Positions 1-10,200 of a stretch of 64,000 bases of DNA are shown one piece after another (positions within the stretch are counted from its first letter, which is position 1; each line of letters starts with the position of its first letter). The notes under the pieces are model-generated. The model ran no database searches. It was not told the origin of the DNA and worked only from the letters and a program-made list of their open reading frames with translations. Both the position numbers and the translations under genes were made by a program. Source of the DNA: Lama guanicoe (Eukaryota); assembly GCA_013239625.1 (NCBI GenBank), contig MU053881.1, forward strand, positions 1,364,001 through 1,428,000, in the 5' to 3' direction.

Positions 1-699
1 TCATTTAAGCCCTTCTCTCCCGTTGCTCTGATACCAGAATCTTGGTTCTCCTCTTCTTTCTGACCATTCCTTCTCAGGCCCTTTTCCTCTGTGTCTTAAA
101 AGTGTTCCCCAGGGCTGATTTTGGCCTTCTTTCTTCTCACTGTACATGCTCACAACCGGGAACAGTTTGGGGATTCTCAGAACTGCAAAATACTTTATTT
201 GAGGTAAGCAAGCTCCTTAACGGGGCTCACTGAGTCTCAGACATTACTGTACCTTGGTTATATAAAACTGATCTGCAGGGACAAATATTGCAGGAAACTT
301 CGTTAGGGAAACTTCCAGCTACCAAATCTGCCCAGGAGGCAGGGACCACAACAGGAAAAACCCTGTAAGGAGTCTCAAATGAAACTTCCTTTTTTTGTTG
401 TTGTGATTAGGAGCACTGGCCTTAAAAAGATAAGCAAGCCTGGGCTTGTTTCCTGAGACATTCTCTTTATCCGAATCCGCTTTCAGACAGGAAGTCCCAA
501 GCGGGCTGGACTACACTGTCTCGTTCACTGAACTGCCCCTCGAGCCAGCCCGGGCTGGGCAGAGTGGGTCTGGGGGCTGATCATCTGTTGTGTGGTGGCT
601 GTGTCCGGATTTAGGTCCTCGGGTATGGCGGGAGAGCAGGAAACACGGGAGGGAGGGCACGGCTGGCTCTGCCGAAAGGTGCTGCACTCAGAATAACCC

Positions 700-1700
700 C
701 CCGTGGAGGAGCAGACAAGCCTCACAGGATTAGGGCAGAGCACCGGCGTTTGCCCCCGGTTTCACCCGGCTTCTGCCGCGGACGCCTGGGGCACAGCAGA
801 TCCCAGGGAGGGGCCGCTGGGGCCGCGCAGCCGCGTTGTGAAGGGCCGGGCCCGCCCCCGACGTCACACGGAGCCCCGCCCCCCAGGGAGCTGCGGGAGC
901 GCGCGAGGCTCTGTCACGCAGGCGCGTTCGCGCGGTGTAGGCGGAGCTAGAGGCCGCCGGGGGGGCTTGTAGGGAGACGGCGCTGCCGCCATTTTGTAGG
1001 GTGTTTGTCGCAGCGGCTGGAGAGAGAAGACGGCGGTTTGGCGACATTTCTCGGCCAAAGGGCCTTTTCCTTTCGCGGAGGTAAGGTTTTGGGTGGGGTG
1101 CGCAGGGCTGCCCGGTTTCCCAGTCTTGTAAATGTCGAAGTCAGGTGTCGGAAAAACGGCCTGGTCCGGGGCCTCGGCGAGTGGGGTTCCTTCTGGGCAC
1201 AGCTCTGCTTGTGGCCTTTACAACCTGAAGTTGCCCAAGTGTTGAGGTAGATGTAAAGCCCTGGGGCAGGAAGGCCTCGGCTCTGCCGGCGACCCTGCTC
1301 TGTGGGGCCCCGCCGCTCCCATCCCGGCTGCGGAGGCCGGAGCGAGCGCCTGACGCGGGAGCCGCCGGTGGTTTGTTTTCGTGGATCGAGCCCTCCCCTG
1401 GGGGCCTGGTCTTGGCCGTTTGTGGCATTTGGGGGTTTTCCAGAGTCGGACATCTGGCTCTGTGGGTGCGCCAGAGGCCCTGGCCGGGTGCCCTGGGCGG
1501 GCAGGCGGGGGGTGGGGACCGGGCGTCCGGGAGCTGCGAGTCCAGGTGGTGGAATTTAGCTCGGGCTCGTGGGAGTTAGAATTCTTTGTGCGAACCGGTT
1601 TTTTTCCTAAGGTGGAGCAAAACATTATTGCAGCAGATCTGCGTTTCTGATATTTGTGCCCTGCGCTGTCCTTGATTAGTTAAGTAACCGCGGTATGCTT
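700..1700 (+). promoter_or_regulatory. CLK4: CpG island / promoter of CLK4
   Basis: Dense CpG/GC-rich block. GC boxes (cccgcccc 851-858, ccccgccccc 874-883), CRE-like cgacgtca 859-866, YY1-type GCCGCCATTTTG 985-996. No obvious TATA box. Confidence 0.85.
975..1080 (+). other. CLK4: CLK4 non-coding exon 1 (5' UTR; start approximate)
   Basis: Strong donor GAG|GTAAGG at 1080/1081 inside the CpG island. No ATG in the exon. The next exon begins directly with the initiator ATG. Confidence 0.75.
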
Positions 1701-4121
1701 CCCCATCCTTAGGAAACAGCACACGAGGCTGACCGGGTCAGCCACCTACCAGGTCTTGCTTTGTAGCTGTCTTTGTATGTTCGTGCTCCGTACATACACC
1801 CACGGGCTTCTTGTTACCTTTTAAATGCAGTCCTCCTGGAGCCGTCTAATGATAACTTTAACTCATACAGCTATTTTAAAGCCGTATACATGGCATTAAA
1901 ATTGTCGGGTATTATAGTGTGTTAAAGGGCAGTAGAGAATCAGATTTCTGAGACTGATTTATACATTCAGATTTGTTGTGTGTGATGTTTTTATTAAAAG
2001 ATGTCTCTTGATTCTAACATGTAGGAGTCTTTATTAATTAGAGGTAGCGTAGTAATTTTAATTTTTCTTTTTTGTGTATGCGGAGGAACCTTATCTTTGT
2101 AACCTGGGTCTGGGATTCTTGTCTTGGCCTCTTGAGAAAACTGAGCAAGTATTAGTTGGCCCCGAGGGGAGTGGGGAGTGCGACACGGCACTTCCTAACA
2201 GCTGAATTAAATTTGAAGTAGTGAACTTGGCTAAAGAGAGAAAAGTCTTTGGCTCTCCTAAGATGCTTATTCTTATTTTAGTATTTGCATATTGATAACT
2301 TTGGTTATTTAAGAATTCTGCCTTGTTACAGGTGAGCTAATTATGGCAGACCGCCAGTAGAAGGAAAAAAACAAAACTGAAGGAGACACATGCTTTGCAA
2401 AAACTGCATTATAATAGTCATAATAATAACCCTCAGTCATGAGATGTGACTTTGCTTGCTATGATTTAAGAATGCTTAACCAAGCAATTAAAATTTCCTG
2501 AGTTCTTATGTGGTTAAAATACAACTTGGGTAATTGGAAGGTCAGAAGAATTCCACTGGAAATACATTTTTTATGGCTTTTCTGATGGCTTTTGGCTCAG
2601 ATTAATTTGTAGTATCATTTATTTCAGTTTCCGATATTCAAGGGACTGTGTCGAATTCTGACTGTGTCAAACTCTGACTGTGTCAGAATACTCATTTCTC
2701 AATTTCCGGTGCACAGATCCCAATTTCCATAACTAGGGTTTGAGGACTTTTTGTTTGACCTCACCAAGGCCTCCTCTTCCTATTTTAAAGCGAGCTAAGA
2801 GAGATGCTACATTATCAGATGTACGATTGATGGGCATAGAATTAGAATCAGCAAGAGAAGTGGGTTTAAAATACCCGAATGTTTGGTGGCTTCAGGCTCT
2901 GATGGCATGATACCTACATTTTCTTAGGGAATACCTCCTAGGAGATGCCTCATTTTGAAGTTTTTTGTTTTGTTTTGTTTTTTTCCCCCAATCCATTTGA
3001 AATCATTTAAATTTTTTACTTGAACTTGTTTGCTTGTTACTGAGTCATTTGGGCAAACTGAAAGAGGGTAAGCTGGTTTTGCTCCAATTTACCTTTTTTT
3101 CAACTCCTTGCTGAGTTACGAAACTTACCCTGTTCAGCAGAGTTTGGACATTACTATTAAGAACTACTTTGTGAAAGAATTGGGGAGAGGCAGATAGGGA
3201 TCACATTGTTGGAACACAGATCCTGGTCCTGAAAGGAGCCTGTGAGATTGTAGATGGGGTTAGGGAATTGTCAGTTATCTGATTTCACTGTGACCATGTT
3301 CATCCTTATAGGTTCATTTCTTCTGTCACTCCAGATCTACAACGAGTATGTTTAATTTTAAGAATGGCTGCAGGATGATCTAGAAATAAACTTGTTGGAT
3401 AAAAGAAATTGAGTTCATAAAATAATCTTTTTATTGCTCTTCTGAGTATTGAATACTGTGTTCTGGTCACACCCTGTTTTTTGTTTTCTGCTTTCTGTAT
3501 TCAGAGCTTTGAGGCATTCGAAGATTTAGAGAAAGGAACTCTTGACTGAGAAAAAGAAGCTTCATTAATGGCTCTTTACCTTTAAAGCAAAGTCATCTCC
3601 TATATTCAGTATCCCTAAGTATTCCTCTGACTTCAGTTGTTTATATTACAGTATTTTGCCCAGGCTGCATGACACTTGTTATGTGTGGTAAATTAGTTCA
3701 CAAAGTCATCATCAATAACTTAATAATTTGATGCTATCAATAATTAAGAGGTCAGTAATAATTTATCATAGAAAGACGGTAATGATAAAGGTAATTTAAA
3801 AACAAAAAAGTTATTAATTTCTAGCTAGATATTGTCCACTGAAGGCTCTAGGCTTAAACCCTTGCTCTTTTTTTTTTTAAATGGCAGTTAACAAGTGTTA
3901 GTTGAAGACAGGCACCAAGCTGCTTTTATTTTTTGAATTTTTAAATTTATTATTATTATTTTAATGAAATGTAGTTGATTTAAAATGTTGTGTTACCAAG
4001 CTTTTACATTTTAGAACCTCTTTGACCTCATGTGCTGGGTGTTATAATTAATATAAAAATTTTATTTACTAAACATAATCATCTGTAACTTCCACAACTT
4101 CCTTTTCGTTTCCATTAACAG

Positions 4122-4282
4122 ATGCGGCATTCGAAAAGAACTCACTGCCCTGATTGGGACAGCAGAGAAAGCTGGGGACATGAAAGCTACAGTGGAAGTC
4201 ACAAACGAAAGAGGAGATCCCACAGTAGTACACAAGAGAACAGACATTGTAAACCACATCACCAGTTTAAAGAATCTGATTG
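4122..4282 (+). CDS. CLK4: CLK4 exon 2 (first coding exon, 161 nt; MRHSK...KESD)
   Basis: ttaacag|ATG acceptor; TG|gtaaat donor. Confidence 0.95.
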
Positions 4283-7200
4283 GTAAATTACTCTTGAACT
4301 AGTAGCATTTTAACGCTAATCGTTTTAATGATTTGTCATTAGCTTATATAGCTTTCATCTGTCAGATTGTTCTATAAATCAGCCAACAAATATTCATTCA
4401 GAAAATATTTACTGAGTGCCTTTTATATGCTGGGCACTTTAAATGCTAAGGTTACAGCTGTGATGACAGCAGCAGACAGCAGCATTCCTACCCTATGTAA
4501 CTGTCTGGGAGCCTCAGGAGACAGTTGATTGAGTCTCAGCTGCCAGTGATGTAGTTAGAGGACATGAGACACGGGCAAAGTCAAGTGGTAATAGGACACC
4601 AAGTTGGTGCCTTTAACTTGTATTTAGGAGGGAGATGTGTACATTGGGGCACTTTTTTAGGGTTCCACAGAGGTGAGAGGTAATGAGGGCCCAGGAGAAT
4701 TCATACAGATGAGAAAAAGAGCACGTGCTCTATGAGACTGTTTAAGTGTGTTGGGGATTAGTTGCTTATACTGTATTCTACAGGTCATATTTATAGGCAA
4801 GGCCAGTGGATATGTTTGGGATTTTTAGAAGCTTGGCTATTATAAGAACCATTCCTTTGTGTAGGCAGTAGCCAGTAATGTAGGAAGGGGCCTCAATAAA
4901 AATTTCCAGTAGCATATGTCCTGTTCTGTTGTATGCTTACCAGTGTAAAATTTTGAGGTAATAACATTTATATAGAATTGAAGGAATTCTAAGGTTCCTA
5001 AATGATTAAACAAAGGCTAGGTGAGTAGAGTTTCTTTCATTCTGTCCTCCATTAATTTCCCTTTCTCATTTGTTTTGTTGGTTTTATGTTTTCTCCTTGT
5101 TTTGTGCAGATGTTCCATTGGGACTGTTTGCCAGATTGCTTTCTAAATTAGCCAGCTGGGGTTACTTTAAAAAACAGTATGTAATTTTTTTCCTTCTCCA
5201 TGATAAAACAGACTTGTTCTGCAGAACAGTGAGCTTGTTGGCAGTCAGTGCAGACTACTCATTCTTCATCACACACTGTCATGTGCAGGGAAGAGGAAGA
5301 ATCTATGCCAGGCTTTCAGTGACCTGAGCTAATTAATGTACTATAGAAAAATATCTGTACCCTGTATTAAAATAAATGCAAAATACTGTAAGCCTTAACA
5401 TCATAGTTATAATCACTCATGGGCTTATGCATTGTGTATGTAGAAAGGAAGTGATATAAGTGATGAACAGTTCATTCATGTTCATGATTAACTGCATAAG
5501 CAATACTGAGTCAGTCCAACAACCACTAGACCAACAGTTTCTTTTTTGACATTGGCACCAGAGATGTCTGGGGATAATTGCTCTCCATAATATGAAGCAG
5601 TCTCATAGTCTTTCAAGATTCAAAACTTTACAAGAGTGTTTTTTATAAAATTACTGAAAAAAATGAAAAATACAGAAACACATAAGGAAGATAATCTTGA
5701 AAGGATGCTAGTCCTCCATTATTCGGATGTAAAATTATTTCTGATTATTTTCTTCTGAAAATATCTTTGTTTATAAATCTTTGCCTCTGATTATTTCCTG
5801 AAAATAGATTCTGAGGAGGGGCAGTTTCAAGTTAAAGAGTGTGAACTTTTACAAAGCCCTTGCTACATATTCACGTATTTTTCTAGAAAGTTTGTACCAA
5901 GTTACAGTCCTACAGCATACGCATTCATGCTCTCACAAGTCTTGGTTATTTTGAAATGCCAAGAATAGTGTTTTGTTTTAATTTGAATTTTAAAATTTTT
6001 ACTGAACTTGTTTATATATTGACCACTTGAACATTATTTTTGTATTCTTAGCCCATTTTTCTATTAAAGTGTATTTTTTTAAACTAGTTTATAAGCACTT
6101 TTATTGTATATGAGTTATCTTAACCTTTTTTCATATATATATTGTAGTGTCTTTTGTGATTTGTCTTCCGGTAGTAAGTAGCCTATGAGTTGCTCCCTTC
6201 CTACAGGCTTAATTACTTCTGCAAAGGAAGACCGATGTGGCTATGAATGCTGTTTTTATATCCTGAAACATCTTCCTGTAACACAGAGTATCAAGCCTTA
6301 AACCAGTGATTCTCAAACTTTAGTGTGAATAGAATCACCTTGGAGTTATGCTTGAAATGCATGTTACCAGATCATTCAGTGAGTCTGACACTGTTGATAA
6401 ACAGACCACCCTTTCAGAAACACTATTTTAAGCTCTTTAGTCTGGCATACAAGATTTTGGATGATCTGTTCCGCCCCCTGTTTGTCTCTGTTCCCCTATG
6501 TGAAAGTTGCTCTTGCTGAAATTGTCTACTCATTGTTTCCCCATAACGTGTAGACAAGCCCATCTCTGAGCCCTTGTGGCTGAAAGTGCTCTGTAAATGT
6601 GGAAGAAGGTAATGTGCCATTTTTATCCCCTGGCATTTCTTCTGCTTTCCACTTTGTCCAAATCTTGACCCCCCTTTGAGATGCAACTCTTCTTTTTCAT
6701 GAAATCTTCCCTAACTATTTTAAGCATTTTGAATTTTTCTCTCTCTCTTACCCTAAGCACTCATACACAACCTTTTGGCATTTCGTGCATTGTTGAGTTT
6801 TGTTTCGTGTTTATGTTCATTATTTGTTGGCAGGGATTTTGCCTTATATATATTTTTTATCTTCCACAGGACCTGTGTGGAAATTAAAACGAATGCTCAT
6901 AACCTCATTAGTCTTGGCTATTTTGAATGACTACAGTGAAATCTTCACTGGACAGTCAGTGAATATTTGTAGAAATTAAGTCAATTTGTTCACCCTGCTC
7001 ACTCTGTCCATATAGCCTTTACAATTCTGTAGACTTCGTTTGTATAATCTCTGAGCCTTGGTTGTAGATTGAAGAGGTCCTCGTCTTTTTAGTTTATCCT
7101 CATGGTATTACTTCACCCCATATTCATTATTCTATGGATTGTTTATGAATTATCAGCAGATCTAATTTCACGCACTATTCCAGCTAAAGATTATTAGGGA

Positions 7201-10200
7201 TAGTTTTTCCTGATAGATTTTGGACTTTTATCAGAAGGATGCCTTACAGAATGAAACAGGATGCCCTTAAGAGTATGGTAATTTCTAGCTTGATGTATCG
7301 TGGACCTCTCCCTTACCGTTCCAAGCAGCTGATGAGATCCCTGACCGAGACCCAGGTCCTACCCTGATATCCTGAGCTGTTTCTCCAATTGCTAGAGTGT
7401 AAGGCTGACACTGGGAAAGGGGGGTTTCTGCATCTCCCCAGCCTGGATTTGATGCCAGTTCTGTTGAGTAGCAGTCTTAGAAATGCTTCTCCTTTATTTC
7501 TGCCTAAACCAGCCCCCTGGGAAAAAGAACAACAGCATATTCTGGGGAAAAGGAAGGTTGGTGAGGGCTATCTAGTCAACATCTGTCACTCCATTGCTTG
7601 TCAGGATTATTTTAGCTGATGTGTCTGACTGGGCAGGTGTCCCCTCTCTCCCTCAGTGCTCCATGTGCATCCCTCTTGAAGCTTCGCACTCTGTCGAAGA
7701 GGACACTCATCCCAGGTAGAGAGGGGGACGGGAAACTGGGCAAATTGAATCTATGTCTTTTTCTTTCCATCAGATCAAAGCTAAACTGGGATCCATTGAC
7801 TTCCTGAGGTCCATGACCTCTGAAATCCCTTGTTTTTGTTATGTATTTGTGCGTTTCTTAGGGAAGAGGGCCCATATCTTTTATCAGATTTTGAAAGGGG
7901 TCCGTAGATTCAGAAGTTAAGCACATGGCACCAGTTAATGCTGTTTTCCGTGAATTCTTGTGTATTTCACGAGCAGGAATGACAGGAAATCCGAAATGCA
8001 AAGGGAAGTTGGGGGTGGGTAATCCTAGACAAGCCATTACAAGATCCTTTTCTCATTTGAGGGTGGTATGTTTTAGATGTCTTTGGCACATGAAGCAACC
8101 ATCAAAAGCTGTGTTGTCTATTCTCAAAGAGGAGTACAGGAAGCTAGAAATACAAAGAGATGGGGAGATGGGATAGGTAGTATGTGTCATAAAAGTGGCA
8201 CAGAGGAGTTAGAATGTGCTCTCCCACCACGGCAAACCATTTTCCTTCTAGGGATCTCAAATTTACTCATCTAAAATGAAAAGGCTGAAGTATATTTAAG
8301 ATTCCTTTTAGCTCTGATACACCTTTCATGAAATAGTTCTCTGTGTGCCAGGGATATCTAAAATTCACTTAACATTAAGAGAGAAAGGAATTCTGTTTTG
8401 CCTGCCTCAGATTATGTGTGGCTCTGAGAAAAGAAAGCTTAGCTACAGGTGCATATATCAAAAGACTGATGAATTTCAGAAGAGCAGTTTTGTGAATTTT
8501 TGGTCTTAACTTTCTCCAGAAGGTAAAGGGACATTTAATCAAGTAAACACAGTACAATTGAATGATACGGCTCAAGCTTTGTTCCTTGATAGCAGCATAT
8601 ATAATAGAGATATAAAAACCCATTTGCTTATTGTTTAAAGTAAAATTATTTCTTAAGTTTTGTGATTTAAGTATAAATTCTAATTCATCAATTTGTCTTT
8701 TTTTCTTTTATTGAGTTAGCTGTTTAAACCAGGAATTCTTGAGAGAATGTTTTGTTTTAACCACATCATTCTAGAATGAAGAGAATAATTTTAAATCCTT
8801 TAATGTGTTTGCAGTCATTACTTAGAAGCAAGGTCCTTGAATGAGAGAGATTATCGGGACCGGAGATACATTGATGAATATAGAAATGACTACTGCGAAA
8901 GATACGTTCCTAGACATTATCACAGAGACATTGAAAGCAGTTATCGAATCCACTGCAGTAAGTCTTCAGTCCGAAGCAGGAGAAGCAGTCCTAAAAGGAA
9001 GCGTAATAGGCACTGTTCAAGTCATCAGTCACGTTCGGTATGATTGATTGGTTTTTATTTTGGGTGGATACGTATTTGTGTGAAAAAGCACTTACTGAGC
9101 TGATAAGTTTGGAAAGTTTATATATATAATACTATTTGAATATAGTTGTGTTTATATTACTTGAGTCCTTAAAGGAAACTTCCAAATTCTTATGACTAAT
9201 CTGTGTTTATTAGCTAGCCCTCATTTGCCCATATTTACTCATTTTCTGCAGAGCAGATTATGAATCCCTTGATTTCAATATTAAAAATATTTTAATGTTT
9301 TATAATATAATCTTATGAAAAGATGAAGCACCCGTCTTTTCTTTCATTTTAAACTTTTTTTACTTTAAAAGAAAGATGTTTCCTAATACTTGGAAACATA
9401 GAAAGTTGCACTGGTGGATCCATACCCTGTGTATAGCACAGTGCCACAGCACAGTGCATCATTTTCTGCAGCTGGTTCCACTGGGATTCTGAACATGGGT
9501 GCTGAGTGGGAAATGTGTTGTCCAGAGAGCCTGCCCTTTTTTTACACGCATGCATCGATCACCTGTTTGATTAATAAACTATGAATTACTGTTTTCCTCT
9601 CAAGTTTTCTTCAGTAGAACTAGTTCTGATTAGATTGAACGTTGAAATTAACTAGCTTTTATTTTCCCCTTTTAATCATGTATGTTTTAAAGTATTGCTA
9701 AATGAACGATTTGAACTAATCTTGACATTTTAAAACATCTTCCTGACAAAGTAGACATCCCAGCTCACAGCATGTGCTGTTTTGTAACGAGATTGATAGA
9801 TCATGACATTGCGTTCCTTAAATTTCAGACTTCACTTAAATCAGTATTTTAAAGAGACAATTGTGTTGTTTTTTTTCTATTGCCACTTTAAGTATCTTAT
9901 CTGAAAATCTGTTCCTTGCCATGTTTTTCTTCTGTAACATAAACTGTGCCCTGTGAATTTCTGGGGACTGAATTTGAAATTGCTCCTGCCAACTGTTCGT
10001 GGCCTGGTGCTTATCTGAATGCCTGAATATCTCCCCGCTGAATGAATTGCGTATTCTGCCCTGAATTCACTCTGATATATTGATTGGCTGGACGATCTTG
10101 GTGCTGCCCACTTGCCGTTCCAGAAGAGCCACCGAAGGAAAAGATCCAGGAGTATAGAGGATGATGAGGAGGGTCACCTGATCTGTCAAAGTGGAGACGT

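Noticed and set aside
703..1650. Many overlapping 60-170 aa ORFs at the CLK4 promoter
   Set aside because: Stop-codon scarcity in a CpG island; low-complexity R/P/G/A translations with no recognisable family.
7557..7731. Functional 7SK gene
   Set aside because: Diverged, apparently lacks the 3' half and terminator, and I saw no upstream PSE/TATA arrangement.
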